Part shown: positions 8,711-19,325 of the stretch, one piece after another
Position numbering within the stretch: the stretch's first letter is position 1
Layout: each line of letters begins with the position of its first letter
Origin: Candidatus Latescibacterota bacterium
GTDB lineage: Bacteria > Latescibacterota > UBA2968 > UBA8231
Direction: 5' to 3'
DNA length: 64,000 bases
Assembly: GCA_965215195.1 (NCBI GenBank)
Contig: CBDCDC010000002.1
Location: 3,936,001-4,000,000, forward strand
Made by a program: the position numbers and the translations under genes
Notes under the pieces: model-generated
The model's input: the letters and a program-made list of their open reading frames with translations, nothing else
What the model was told of the DNA's origin: nothing
Database searches by the model: none

Positions 8711-10693
8711 ATGAGTACTGATTCCTTTGCAGCAATCGTCGGCGAGACCGATGAAGCGATCTACCAAGTCCGCACCCGCGCTCCCGGCCCCAGCGGCAAG
8801 CTGCCGCTGACCATAGAGCAAGTAGTAGAAGCGCCGAGCGGCCACATCTTTGGCTACAGCCAAAACGCCGGGATGGGCTGGAACCCCGACGAGCTGGGTC
8901 GAGGAGAGTTCCTCATCGTCAGCACGCAGGGCGGCATTCGCGCCCCGGACGGTCGGCCGATCGCGCTGGGCTATCACACCGGCCACTGGGAAATCGGCCT
9001 GCTGATGGAAGCGGCGGCCGAAGAAATCCACCGCCGAGGCGGCATTCCCTTTGCCGCCTATTGCTCGGACCCGTGCGACGGCCGCTCGCAAGGCACGACC
9101 GGCATGTTCGATAGCCTGCCGTACCGCAACGACGCGGCCATGATCCTGCGCCGCTTGATCCGCTCGTTGCCCACGCGGCGCGGCGTGATGGGCGTGGGCA
9201 CCTGCGACAAGGGACTGCCGGCGGTCCTCATCGCCCTAGCGGGTACGCCAGACCTGCCGGTTGTTGTCGTGCCCGGCGGGGTGACCCTGCCGCCGGAAGA
9301 AGGCGAGGACGCGGGCAAGATCCAGTCCGCCGGGTCGCGGCTGGCGCGGGGCGAGATGGACATCGACGACTTTCAGGTGCTCGGCTGCCGCGCCTGCGCC
9401 ACGCCCGGGGGCGGCTGCCAGTTTTTGGGCACTGCGGCCACGGCCCAAGTTGTGGGCGAGGCACTGGGGCTGTCGCTGCCGCATTCGGCGCTGGCCCCCT
9501 CGGGCGAAGCGGTCTGGCGCGACATGGCCGTGCGCTCGGCGCGGGCACTGCTGGCGCTGGAGGCCGCGGGCATTCGCTCGCAGGAGTTGGTCACCGATCA
9601 GGCACTGCACAACGCCATGGTCGTTCACGCGGCCTTTGGCGGTTCGACGAACTTGATCTTGCACGTGCCAGCTATTGCCCATGCGGCCGGGCGCAAGCGG
9701 CCAGCGGTGGGGGATTGGGACCGGATCAACCGCGAGGTGCCGCGCTTGGTCGATGTGCTGCCCAATGGCCCGGAGTTCCACGTCACTGTGCGCGCCTTTT
9801 TGGCTGGCGGGGTGCCGGAGGTCATGTTGCACCTGCGCCGCTTGGGGCTGTTAGAGGAAGGGGTAATGACGGTTACGGGCCGCACGCTGGGCGAAAACCT
9901 CGACTGGTGGGAGACTGCGCCGCGCCGCCGCCGCTTCCGTGAGGAACTGCAAAAGCTAGACCGGGTGGACCCGGACGACGTGATTATGGACGCCGAGCGC
10001 GCCCGCGCCAAGGGCCTGACCAGCACCACTTGCTTCCCGATCGGCAACATCTCGCCCGAGGGCGCGGTCGTCAAAAGCACGGCCATTGACTCTTCGCTGT
10101 TAGACGCGCAAGGGGTCTATCGGCACACCGGGCCGGCAAAGGTTTTTACCACCGAACGCGACACCATCGCCGCGATCAAGGCCGGCGAGATCGCGCCGGG
10201 CGACGTGCTAGTGATGATTAGTTGCGGGCCGCTGGGCACGGGGATGGAGGAGGTCGCACAGGTTACGATTGCGCTCAAATACACGGATGTTGGCAAGCGC
10301 GTGGCACTGCTTACGGACGCGCGGTTTTCGGGGTTTTCCTCTGGTCCTTGCATCGGGCACATCGGCCCGGAGGCCCTAGCTGGCGGACCAATCGGCAAGC
10401 TGCGGGATGGCGACTTAATCGCCATTGAAATCGACTGCCGCAACCTGCGCGGGCGCATCGACTTGGTCGGCGGCGCAGGCGAGGAGTTCGGCGCTGCGGA
10501 AGGCCAGCGAGTGCTAGCCGAGCGCACCTTGCGCCCAGACCTTGCGCCCGAAGCCGAGTTGCCCGACGACACTAGGCTGTGGGCGGCGCTGCAAAACGTC
10601 GGCGGCGGCACTTGGGGCGGTTGCGTCTATGACGTGGATGCGATTGTCGCTACGCTCGAAGCCGGCCGCGCGGCGCTCAAGGGGGCGTCGTGA
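8711..10693 (+). CDS. YjhG/YagF-family D-xylonate dehydratase (IlvD/Edd family)
   Basis: [61 protein letters not shown]. Confidence 0.9.
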   Translation: MSTDSFAAIVGETDEAIYQVRTRAPGPSGKLPLTIEQVVEAPSGHIFGYSQNAGMGWNPDELGRGEFLIVSTQGGIRAPDGRPIALGYHTGHWEIGLLMEAAAEEIHRRGGIPFAAYCSDPCDGRSQGTTGMFDSLPYRNDAAMILRRLIRSLPTRRGVMGVGTCDKGLPAVLIALAGTPDLPVVVVPGGVTLPPEEGEDAGKIQSAGSRLARGEMDIDDFQVLGCRACATPGGGCQFLGTAATAQVVGEALGLSLPHSALAPSGEAVWRDMAVRSARALLALEAAGIRSQELVTDQALHNAMVVHAAFGGSTNLILHVPAIAHAAGRKRPAVGDWDRINREVPRLVDVLPNGPEFHVTVRAFLAGGVPEVMLHLRRLGLLEEGVMTVTGRTLGENLDWWETAPRRRRFREELQKLDRVDPDDVIMDAERARAKGLTSTTCFPIGNISPEGAVVKSTAIDSSLLDAQGVYRHTGPAKVFTTERDTIAAIKAGEIAPGDVLVMISCGPLGTGMEEVAQVTIALKYTDVGKRVALLTDARFSGFSSGPCIGHIGPEALAGGPIGKLRDGDLIAIEIDCRNLRGRIDLVGGAGEEFGAAEGQRVLAERTLRPDLAPEAELPDDTRLWAALQNVGGGTWGGCVYDVDAIVATLEAGRAALKGAS

Positions 10694-11304
10694 GCGGCAA
10701 GCAGATCGTCGTCGGCATCACCGGGGCCAGTGGTGCGCTCTACGCCGGCCGCCTGCTGCGCGCCCTGCTGATCGGCGGGCACCAAGTGCATCTGGTCTTG
10801 TCCAAGTACGGGCGCTACCTGCTCGTCGAAGAGTTGGGGTTCCGCCCGGACAAGGAGAGCTTGCGCACGTTTATAACGCGGTGCTACGGGGAGGAGACAA
10901 AGGCTGGCGACCTGTGCGAATACAACACCGGCGATCTATCCGCCCCCATCGCCAGCGGTTCGGTGTCTATCGACGGCATGGTGGTGGTGCCTTGTTCGGC
11001 CAAGACCCTGTCGAGCATTGCCCGCGGAGCGTCTGCGAGCCTGATTGAGCGAGCGGCCGATGTCAGCCTCAAGGAGCAGCGGCCGCTGGTGCTGGTGGTG
11101 CGCGAAACCCCGCTCAACCTGATTCAGTTGCGCAACATGACGGCAGCGGCCGAGGCTGGGGCCGTCATATTGCCGGCCATGCCAGCCTTTTACCAAAAGC
11201 CGCAGACCTTTGACGATTTGGGCGATTTTATCGCCGGCCGCGTCTGCAACGTGCTGCGCATCGAACACCAGCTCTTCCCCCCTTGGCCGGGGCCTGCGCG
11301 GTAA
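10690..11304 (+). CDS. ubiX: Flavin prenyltransferase
   Basis: [39 protein letters not shown]. Confidence 0.92.
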   Translation: MSGKQIVVGITGASGALYAGRLLRALLIGGHQVHLVLSKYGRYLLVEELGFRPDKESLRTFITRCYGEETKAGDLCEYNTGDLSAPIASGSVSIDGMVVVPCSAKTLSSIARGASASLIERAADVSLKEQRPLVLVVRETPLNLIQLRNMTAAAEAGAVILPAMPAFYQKPQTFDDLGDFIAGRVCNVLRIEHQLFPPWPGPAR

Positions 11305-11306
11305 TC

Positions 11307-12746
11307 CTACACCAGCCGATCCAAGTTGGCGCGGAACAACGCGTGCGGCAGCATGCCTTCGAGCAGGCGGCCTTCCTCTCTGGCGATGGCGCGACAGACG
11401 GTCCACGGCCCAAAGCGGCAGAAAATTTCGCCTTTGAGCGCGGTGGGCGGGTCGCAGTAGATTGGACGTCCCGCGAACAGGTCCTGTAGTTGGGGCCAGT
11501 TTAACTCAACGCTGGGTCCCTGCATGAGATGTCCCCACAGGGCAACGGTTTGCTGGGACAGGTAATAGTATCCTTTGTGGAGGCGGGCCACCTTCATGCC
11601 GGCGCGGACGAAGTAGGGCAAATGCTCTTGGATGGCCGGGCCGAGGGCCGGTTGCCGGCATAAGTGGCGCTTGCTGAGAGTGAATATCTGGTCCGGGGGG
11701 CAGGGTAGAGCACCGCTCCACCGGCCTTCGATGGTGCGCTGGGCCTCGGCGGCAGCGGCAGTGGTCGTTGAGGCAGCCCAAACAGGGGCGTCTTCGGGGC
11801 TTGGCGTCGGCGTGCGTTTGGCGAGGCAAGCGACGAAAGCCCCTTCGGTGTCGTGGTGGTGGGGCCAGACGCGGACGCAGCGGGCGAACTCGGCCGGAAA
11901 TTGGGCGGCCAGTGCATCCGCTAGCGGCGGCCCCGCGAATTCTGCGATGGGGAGGATAGCGACGTCTTCTCCATAGCGGCGCAACAGCCCGAGGAGCACT
12001 TCTTCGTTTTCTTCCAGCGAGAGCGAGCAGGTCGAATACACTAGGGTGCCGCCGGGACGCAGCATCTGGTAGGCGGCGCGCAAGAGGCCCTTCTGTTGCT
12101 GGGCGAGGTGTTGGGCGTCTTGCGGCGACCAATAGGCGAGCATGTTCTGGTCCTTGCGCACGATGCCGTCGCCCGAGCACGGTGCATCGACGAGGACGCG
12201 GTCGAAAAAGTTGGAAAAGTAACGCGCCAGCATGGTCCCTGGGGCTTGGGTCAAGACGTGATTGGCAACCCCACAGCGCTCCAAATTGCCCACGAGGGCG
12301 GGCATGCGTTTGCGCTGCATTTCGTTGGCCAGCAGCAGGCCGCTGTTTTGCATATGCGCGGCAATCTGGGTGGCCTTGCCGCCCGGGGCGGCACACAGGT
12401 CGAGGACGCGCTCGCCGGGCTGAGGGGCTAGGACCTCAACGGCCAGCATGGGGGCCTTGGCTTGGACGTAATACGCGCCCATGGCGTGTTCAATGGTCTG
12501 GCCGAGGCTCGCGCCACTCTCCGGCAGGGCGAAGCCCTCGCTGCACCAAGGCACACTTTGGCCGCGCTGGCGCAAGTGGGGCCGGACGTGCCGCGCTTGG
12601 GCTTGGAGCGCGTTCAAGCGCAGCGATGCTGGGGGAGGTGTGCGCGAGCACCGATAAAAGGCCGCGCGCTCTTTGTCGTTGGGCAGCAGGCGGCCAATGT
12701 ACTGGAGCAGGGCCTGTAATTTATCCGGGTCGTACGCTTTGCGCAT
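11307..12746 (-). CDS. RsmB/RsmF (NOL1/NOP2) RNA m5C methyltransferase
   Basis: VLDLCAAPGGK, LVDAPCSG, VYSTCS, ENE, EGAFVA. Start is uncertain. Confidence 0.9.
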   Translation of the reverse strand: MRKAYDPDKLQALLQYIGRLLPNDKERAAFYRCSRTPPPASLRLNALQAQARHVRPHLRQRGQSVPWCSEGFALPESGASLGQTIEHAMGAYYVQAKAPMLAVEVLAPQPGERVLDLCAAPGGKATQIAAHMQNSGLLLANEMQRKRMPALVGNLERCGVANHVLTQAPGTMLARYFSNFFDRVLVDAPCSGDGIVRKDQNMLAYWSPQDAQHLAQQQKGLLRAAYQMLRPGGTLVYSTCSLSLEENEEVLLGLLRRYGEDVAILPIAEFAGPPLADALAAQFPAEFARCVRVWPHHHDTEGAFVACLAKRTPTPSPEDAPVWAASTTTAAAAEAQRTIEGRWSGALPCPPDQIFTLSKRHLCRQPALGPAIQEHLPYFVRAGMKVARLHKGYYYLSQQTVALWGHLMQGPSVELNWPQLQDLFAGRPIYCDPPTALKGEIFCRFGPWTVCRAIAREEGRLLEGMLPHALFRANLDRLV

Positions 12747-12811
12747 AGGTGGGGTTCTCTGTTTATTCATCGGGCAATTATTCAATAAATATAACCCATA
12801 CAACAAGAGAC

Positions 12812-13486
12812 ATGAGCGTCGCACGCTGCTTTATCGTCAGCGATCTGCACCTCGGATCGGCTTACTTTTACCATCGCAACTTCTCGTCTTGGCTGGATGC
12901 CTTGCCCAAAGGGGTGCCGCTCGTGCTCAACGGCGACGTCCTAGATGAGCCGAACCAAGCCCTGCCCGACGCCCATCGGGCCGTGCTGGAGCGCCTCGTA
13001 AGCGAGTCGCAATCCCGACCTGTAATCTGGGTGCATGGCAATCGCGATGACCAATTCAGGCTGGCCGAGCCGGGGCGGATCCGCTTTGTCGATAGCTGGC
13101 GGCTCGACCACCGGCTACTCGTAATCCACGGCCATCGGCTCGACCGGCTGATGCCGCGGCACGCGGCGTTCAAGTGGGCCTTCCGCTGCTTGCATCGTTG
13201 TCGCATCTGGCTCGGCGGGCGCGATATCCACGTGGCCGAGTACGCCAAGAAATGGCCCTTGCTCTACCGGGTGCTCAACGAGCACGTGGTGCGCAACGCC
13301 CTGCGCATGGCGCAGCAGCAGGGGGTTGAAGCGGTGGCCTGCGGACACACGCACGCGGCCATGGCGATTGAGCGGCAGGGCCGGTGCTACTTCAACACCG
13401 GTGCTTGGACTGAAAAACCTTTCCACTTTCTCGAAGTGGCCCCGGATCGCATGGCTCTGCATACATACGAGGACGACTGTGATTAA
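12812..13486 (+). CDS. Metallophosphoesterase, LpxH-like
   Basis: SDLHLGS, NGDVLD, GNRD, HGH, CGHTH, NTGAW. Confidence 0.8.
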   Translation: MSVARCFIVSDLHLGSAYFYHRNFSSWLDALPKGVPLVLNGDVLDEPNQALPDAHRAVLERLVSESQSRPVIWVHGNRDDQFRLAEPGRIRFVDSWRLDHRLLVIHGHRLDRLMPRHAAFKWAFRCLHRCRIWLGGRDIHVAEYAKKWPLLYRVLNEHVVRNALRMAQQQGVEAVACGHTHAAMAIERQGRCYFNTGAWTEKPFHFLEVAPDRMALHTYEDDCD

Positions 13487-15674
13487 ATGGACGCTCTTAT
13501 TGGCGGTGGCCGCGTGGCTGCCGGCCAGCGCACAAGAGGGGGCCCTCCTCTGGCCGCTGCGCCTTGCGCCGGCTTTGTCTTCCACTTTCGGCGAATCGCG
13601 TTCCCGCGCTTTCCACGCCGGCATAGACCTCAAGACTTGGGGCGAAACCGGCCACCCCGTCCAAGCCCTAGCCGACGGCTATATCTGGCGAGTGCGCACC
13701 TCGCCTTGGGGCTATGGCCGGGCTCTGTACCAGAAATTGGCCGATGGCCGCATTGTAGTATATGCCCATTTAGAGGGCTTTGCCGCACCCGTGGCCGAGC
13801 GCGTTCAGCAAGCACAGCAGCAGGGCGGACGCTACAGCGTGGATTTGTATTTCGAGGCCGGGGAAATTCCAGTGCTCGGCGGCGCGGTCATCGCTTGGAG
13901 CGGTGACAGCGGGGCCGGCCCGCCCCATTTGCACCTAGAACTGCGCGACGCAGACAACGCAGCGATCAATCCCCTCTTGCACGGGTTCGCCATCGCCGAT
14001 ACGGTCGCGCCGACCTTGCAGCGAGTGGCCATTACACCGCACGGCCGCAATGCCCAAGTTGAGGGGGGACGCGACCCTTATGTGCTGAATTTGCGCTGGC
14101 AGCCGGATCGAGGGGAGTTCACCGGGGCGCGGACTGTGCAGGTGTTCGGCCCGGTGAGCATCAGCGCGTTGATGTACGATCGCGCCGACGCGGCCCCCAA
14201 CAAGCTAGCCCCCTATCGCGCGGCCTTGCACATCGACGGCGATCTGGTTTTCGCGGCGCGCTACGAGCGGGTCGCGTACGGCGATATGCACCAGATGTAT
14301 TTGGACCGGCCGCTAACTGCTTTTAAGGGCGGGGTGGGTCGCTTTTACAACTTGTGCCGCCTGCCGGGCAATCGCCTCCAATTCTACGAGGGGCCTGGCG
14401 ATGGAATGCTAAACTTGGCCAAGGGGCGGCACGAGGCCGTCGTCGCGGTCGCGGATGTCAACGGCAACGAGAGCCGGGTGCGCTTTGGGTTGGTGGTCGA
14501 CGCCCCGCCGGCCATTGCCGGGGCGCGGATCGCGGCGGCAGCGGACGGAATTTTTATCGCGGCGCGGCTGACCGATGCGGACGACCGGCTCGTGGAAGTG
14601 GAATTGGCCAGCTCGCGCGATGGCGAGACGTGGCGGCGCGTAGATCGGCGGCAGAGCCGCCCCGGCCCGCTCAAGTGGCGGATCCACCGCAACGCCCCCT
14701 ACTGGCGGATTCGGGCCCAGGATCCGGCCGGCGTCGCGGCCTTTGCCGTTTGTCGCCTGCCCGACGACGAGGCCGCTGCGCCGACCTTTTCCTTGGAGCG
14801 CCGCCCCCACCCGGACTTCGTGGAGCTCGTGATGCGCTACGCACAAGTGCCCAGTGCTGCGCCCTTAGTCCGCACTGGCACCGCTAATATCAGCCCCCGC
14901 CAGACCGGCTTGCGCGAGTTCCGGGTCGCCGTGCCGCTCGATCCGAGCGACCCGGCAGCGGGGCCGGTTTTGCTGCGGACGCCAAGGGCTGCCGTGCAAA
15001 GGGTCGCCTTGGATCGGCAGATCGTGCAGCCGGGTGCTGCGGCCGAGCTGACGTATGCCGGCGGCGCGGTCGAATTGGATTTTGCCGCAGAGAGCGCGTA
15101 CGCGCCGTTCTTCCCGCAGGTCGAGGCCTTTGAGCCGAGTGTGCCCACTGCTCTAATCGCGGCCGGCGCGGCTTTTGCCTTGGGGCCGCCTGAGGTCAGC
15201 TTCGACCGCAAGGTCGAGCTGCGCTTGCGCTACGACCGGGGAACGCTGCCGCCGGAGAAGCTGGGCCTCTACCGAGAGGTAGCCGCTGAAAAGTGGGCGC
15301 TCGTGAGCAACGAATGGGACGCTGTGAGCCAGCAGGTCGTGGCGCGGGTGCGCTACTTTGGCCGCTACGCCCTGTTGGCCGACCTTGAAGCCCCTGAGAT
15401 CGGCAGTTTGCAGCCTGCTGAGGGGGCCGTCGTTGGCCCGCGCCCAGAAATTCGCGGCGCGGTGCGCGACCAAGGCGCGGGCATTGGCCGAGAAGAAGAC
15501 ATTGAGTTCGCGCTCGACGGACGCCCGCTGATCGCCGAATACGATCCAGAAGCCGGGCGCGTACATGGGCATTTGGTGGAAGATTTATCGCCGGGCGCAC
15601 ACCGCCTAGTACTGAGGGTGCGGGATATGAGCGGCAACCAAGCCGAGATCCACTCGGAATTTACCGTGCGCTAG
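13479..15674 (+). CDS. Secreted M23-family metallopeptidase with C-terminal Ig-like domains
   Basis: FHAGIDLK (HxxxD), YAHL, PHLHLELR (HxH). Signal peptide follows GTG 13479. Confidence 0.85.
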   Translation: MIKWTLLLAVAAWLPASAQEGALLWPLRLAPALSSTFGESRSRAFHAGIDLKTWGETGHPVQALADGYIWRVRTSPWGYGRALYQKLADGRIVVYAHLEGFAAPVAERVQQAQQQGGRYSVDLYFEAGEIPVLGGAVIAWSGDSGAGPPHLHLELRDADNAAINPLLHGFAIADTVAPTLQRVAITPHGRNAQVEGGRDPYVLNLRWQPDRGEFTGARTVQVFGPVSISALMYDRADAAPNKLAPYRAALHIDGDLVFAARYERVAYGDMHQMYLDRPLTAFKGGVGRFYNLCRLPGNRLQFYEGPGDGMLNLAKGRHEAVVAVADVNGNESRVRFGLVVDAPPAIAGARIAAAADGIFIAARLTDADDRLVEVELASSRDGETWRRVDRRQSRPGPLKWRIHRNAPYWRIRAQDPAGVAAFAVCRLPDDEAAAPTFSLERRPHPDFVELVMRYAQVPSAAPLVRTGTANISPRQTGLREFRVAVPLDPSDPAAGPVLLRTPRAAVQRVALDRQIVQPGAAAELTYAGGAVELDFAAESAYAPFFPQVEAFEPSVPTALIAAGAAFALGPPEVSFDRKVELRLRYDRGTLPPEKLGLYREVAAEKWALVSNEWDAVSQQVVARVRYFGRYALLADLEAPEIGSLQPAEGAVVGPRPEIRGAVRDQGAGIGREEDIEFALDGRPLIAEYDPEAGRVHGHLVEDLSPGAHRLVLRVRDMSGNQAEIHSEFTVR

Positions 15675-16681
15675 CGCAGTGGTACCGGGGCACCCGCTTG
15701 GCGCAGGGACGCCTGCGCGGCCTCCAAGACGCGCACGACGCGCAGCCCGTCGCGGCCATCGCTGCGGGGTGCTTGGCCGGTGCGCACGCACTCGGCGAAG
15801 TGCTGGCATTCCAGCTTGAGCGGCTCGGCCATTTGCAGCCGCGGAATGACGACATCGCCAAAGCGCAGCGCGATGGAGTCGCCGTAAGAGTCGTATTGTG
15901 GCCGCTCGGCCGATTTGTCGTAGATGCGCACCTTTTCCGCGCTTTCCACATCGTCAAACACCGCCATCTTGCGGCTGCCGACCACAGTCAGGCGGCGGAT
16001 GCGGTGCGGGTCGAGCCACGAGACCTGCATCTGCGCCATCTTGCCGTCGGCAAAGTGTAAATTGGCAAAGACCACGTCTTCAATGCCGGGTTGCAGATAG
16101 CACTCGCCGCGAGCGCTGACCGCGTCCGGCTCTTGGCCGAGCAGGTACAGGATGACCGATATGTCGTGCGGTGCCAAGCTCCACAGGGCGTTTTCGTCGC
16201 GGCGGACAATGCCCAAGTTGACGCGCTGGGAGTACAAATAGTACAAGTCGCCCAGCGCGCCGTCCCGCACCAAACCATGCAGCATTTGCACGGCCGGGTG
16301 GTACTTCAGCAAGTGCCCGACCATCAGCACCCGGTCCCGCTCGGCAGCTAATTCGACCAAGTGGGCGGCCGTGGCGGCGTTGAGGGTCATGGGCTTTTCG
16401 ACGTACACGTGCTTGCCTCGCTCTAAGGCGCGGCGGGCCAATTCGTAGTGGTCGGCGGCCGGCACGGCCAATACTACGGCGTCGAGCGCGTCGTCGCCGA
16501 GCACCTCGTCGTAGCTAGCGGTGATTGGGACTTCCGGGTACTGGCACTGAATGGCGCGGCGAATTTCCGGGCTGGCGTCGCAAACTTGGCGCAAATGTAC
16601 GTCGGGCAAGTCGCGGAAGACGCGCACTAAGTTTTTGCCCCAATACCCAGCACCAACGCAGGCGATTTGGACGCGGCTCAT
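15671..16681 (-). CDS. Gfo/Idh/MocA oxidoreductase (nucleotide-sugar type)
   Basis: VGAGYWG, HVYVEKP, MVGH, APHDIS. Confidence 0.9.
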   Translation of the reverse strand: MSRVQIACVGAGYWGKNLVRVFRDLPDVHLRQVCDASPEIRRAIQCQYPEVPITASYDEVLGDDALDAVVLAVPAADHYELARRALERGKHVYVEKPMTLNAATAAHLVELAAERDRVLMVGHLLKYHPAVQMLHGLVRDGALGDLYYLYSQRVNLGIVRRDENALWSLAPHDISVILYLLGQEPDAVSARGECYLQPGIEDVVFANLHFADGKMAQMQVSWLDPHRIRRLTVVGSRKMAVFDDVESAEKVRIYDKSAERPQYDSYGDSIALRFGDVVIPRLQMAEPLKLECQHFAECVRTGQAPRSDGRDGLRVVRVLEAAQASLRQAGAPVPLR

Positions 16682-17469
16682 GCGCACTCAAAATATGTGC
16701 CGATGGCGGCGGCTAGGTGCGCGAGGGCTTGGCTGCCCTCGGCATAGGGGTGCGTTTTTACGACCGGCTGGCCCGCGTCGGCTTGGCTGCGGATGACCGG
16801 GTCGAGCGGAATTTCACCCAGATAGGGAATGCCCAAGCGGCTGGCTGTGGCGCGGCCCCCTCCCGTTCCGAAGATGGGATCGGCATGGCCGCAGTGGTCG
16901 CAGCGGAAATAGCTCATGTTCTCGACCAAGCCGACGATGGGCACCTCGGTCTGGCGGAACATCTCGACGCCGCGGCGCACGTCTTCGAGGGCAATGGCCG
17001 AGGGCGTGGTGACGATCAAGGCCGCAGTCAAGGGTGCCACTTGGGTCAGGGTGATTTGTACGTCCCCGGTCCCGGGGGGCAGGTCTATGAGCAGCAGATC
17101 GAGCTCGCCCCAAGTGACGTTGAAGAGGAATTGTTGCATCATCTTGGCCAGCATGGGGCCGCGCCACACGACCGGGGTGCCCGGGCCGATTAGCAGCCCC
17201 ATGGAAATGGCTTTGAGGCCGTGGGCAGACAAGGGCTGGATGCGGCCATCCGTTGCGGTCGGCCGGCCCGCTAGGCCGAGCAGGCCCGGGATGTTGGGGC
17301 CGTAGATGTCGGCGTCGAGCAAGCCGACTTGTAGCCCTTGACGGGCCAAGCTCACGGCCAAGTTGGCGCAGAGCGTGGACTTGCCAACGCCGCCCTTGCC
17401 GCTGGCTATGGCCAATGTATCTTTAATGCCGGGAATGGGTTGGCGGTTGTGGGTTTGTGGGGCGTTCAC
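16678..17469 (-). CDS. mrp: Mrp/NBP35 (ApbC) Fe-S cluster carrier ATPase
   Basis: SGKGGVGKST, DADIYGP, WRGPM, DLPPGTGD, VENMS, CDHC. Confidence 0.9.
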   Translation of the reverse strand: MNAPQTHNRQPIPGIKDTLAIASGKGGVGKSTLCANLAVSLARQGLQVGLLDADIYGPNIPGLLGLAGRPTATDGRIQPLSAHGLKAISMGLLIGPGTPVVWRGPMLAKMMQQFLFNVTWGELDLLLIDLPPGTGDVQITLTQVAPLTAALIVTTPSAIALEDVRRGVEMFRQTEVPIVGLVENMSYFRCDHCGHADPIFGTGGGRATASRLGIPYLGEIPLDPVIRSQADAGQPVVKTHPYAEGSQALAHLAAAIGTYFECA

Positions 17470-17552
17470 CGGTGTTCCCGCTGCGCAGTGGAAAATTTGA
17501 AGTATAGACGAAAGACCTCCCCGCGGCAAGGGGAGAGACAAAGGAGACAACC

Positions 17553-18395
17553 ATGTATAGGGTCGCGCTTCTGGCGGTCGTTTTGGCCCCCTTGGGTTGC
17601 ACGAATGTCAACCAGATGCACAAGCTCTATCAGGAGGGAGATCACGCCCAGTTAGATCGGATTATGGAGATCGTCTCTCGCCAAGACTACCCCTATGCCA
17701 CGCGGCGCAAGGCCGCGCGCATTCTCGGCGAAATCGGCGACCCGCGCGCCGTACCGGTGCTGAAAATGGCGCTTCAAGACTACGACCAGCGCACCACGCT
17801 CAAGCAGGACGCGCTCCGCGCCTTGGGCACCATCGGCGACCAGAGCGCGGCCTTGGATATAGGGAGGCTGCTCAATTACTCGCTCAATACGGCCGACGCC
17901 GAGCTGCGGATGGCCGCCATTGAAGCGCTCGGGCAGATGGGGGGGACCAAGGCGGCTGAAATTTTGGTCAATGCCCTCGGCTACTACGACATACTCACCC
18001 TGCGCGCTGAGCAGCGAACCCGCCGGGGGGTGTTCACCGGCGAAGAGATCTCTCCCTACCCCTACGGACGGCTAGACCCCGACTCCACAGGCGGCCCGCG
18101 GCGCTATCCAAACGTGGGATTGGATCCCTTTGGGGAGGGGGGCCAGCCCCGGGTGAGCATGTTTGGCACGCCTATTGAGCCTACGCAGATGGAATACGAC
18201 CCCACGCCCGAGGAGCGCACCCTAACCCATCAGGCTATTACAGCGGTGGGGACGGACGCCATTCCGGTGATTGAAAACTACCTAGACAGCCTGCGCGTAA
18301 GCCCGACCTTGCGCAAGGAGCTACTGGCCATAATAGGCGAAATCAGCGGGGCTGCGCCGGCCGTAAAAGCCGATTCCACGGCCTCAGACCTGTGA
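17553..18395 (+). CDS. HEAT-repeat lipoprotein
   Basis: Lipobox-like PLGC and repeats such as AARILGEIGDPRAVPVL. Confidence 0.75.
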   Translation: MYRVALLAVVLAPLGCTNVNQMHKLYQEGDHAQLDRIMEIVSRQDYPYATRRKAARILGEIGDPRAVPVLKMALQDYDQRTTLKQDALRALGTIGDQSAALDIGRLLNYSLNTADAELRMAAIEALGQMGGTKAAEILVNALGYYDILTLRAEQRTRRGVFTGEEISPYPYGRLDPDSTGGPRRYPNVGLDPFGEGGQPRVSMFGTPIEPTQMEYDPTPEERTLTHQAITAVGTDAIPVIENYLDSLRVSPTLRKELLAIIGEISGAAPAVKADSTASDL

Positions 18396-18396
18396 T

Positions 18397-18425
18397 TTGA
18401 CAAGGGTACACCCAGCGCATATAAT
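18397..18425 (+). promoter_or_regulatory. Consensus sigma70 promoter
   Basis: TTGACA-17 nt-TATAAT, an exact consensus match. Confidence 0.8.
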
Positions 18426-18554
18426 AGGACGATTCCATCCGAAAAATCACCTATATACGCGATAGACCCGCCCCGTTGAGGGCGGATGTGCGGACGCTTG
18501 GTTCGCCTGCTACCCCCGGCCGAAAGGCCAAGTAATTCGAGGTTTTCACCCATT

Positions 18555-19325
18555 ATGGAAAGCGATATCGGCCCGATCCTCGGCGATTGGAAATACGCCC
18601 CAGGCGAGTTGAGCGTGCGCAAGATACGAGGCGGCAATGGCAGCGCAAAGCTCCAAATCCGCATGGATCTGGGCTTGATGCAGCTAGAGTGGCGAGGCCG
18701 CCCCGACGCGCTCCGCCCGCACGGCTATGTGTCCCTGTTGGATTACTATTGCCAAAAGCGACGCGAATGGGAAAAAGCGCACGGCCCAGGCACCTTTAGC
18801 CTCTCGCACGAGGATTGTTCCGAGCTGGCCCAAGAAGCCATGAAATACTACTGGCGGCGGATCGGTTTTTTTGAACTAAAGGAATACGAGCGGGCCGAAG
18901 AGGATGCCATGCACAACCTCGCCATCCTCGACTTGTGCTACGAATACGCCGAAGAGGACGAAGACCGCCAGCTAGCCGAACAATACCGCGTCTTTGTCAC
19001 GGCGCATCGGGTGCAGGCGCGGGCCCTGGCCTGTCTAGAGACCGAAAACTACGCCGAGGCCCTAACCGAAATCCGCCGAGGCATCGCCGAGATCGAGGAA
19101 TTTCTCGCCAAAGTTGGTCAATTGGATCAGCTCGACGAGTGCCCCGAACTGCTCTTTTTGCGCGAGTGGGAAGGCGAGGTGGAGAGCACCCGGCCGCGCA
19201 CGCTGCGCGAGCGGCTGACGGCCGATTTACAGGCCGCGGTTGAGGCCGATCGATTCGAGTTGGCCGCTTCGCTCAGGGACCGCTTGCGCTCGCTCGAGAC
19301 CGAGCAAGCCGGCAGGGTGCCTTGA
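18555..19325 (+). CDS. UvrB/UvrC (UVR) motif-containing protein
   Basis: QIRMDLGLMQLE, GRPD..RPHG, C-terminal LQAAVEADRFELAASLRDRL UVR motif. Confidence 0.75.
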   Translation: MESDIGPILGDWKYAPGELSVRKIRGGNGSAKLQIRMDLGLMQLEWRGRPDALRPHGYVSLLDYYCQKRREWEKAHGPGTFSLSHEDCSELAQEAMKYYWRRIGFFELKEYERAEEDAMHNLAILDLCYEYAEEDEDRQLAEQYRVFVTAHRVQARALACLETENYAEALTEIRRGIAEIEEFLAKVGQLDQLDECPELLFLREWEGEVESTRPRTLRERLTADLQAAVEADRFELAASLRDRLRSLETEQAGRVP

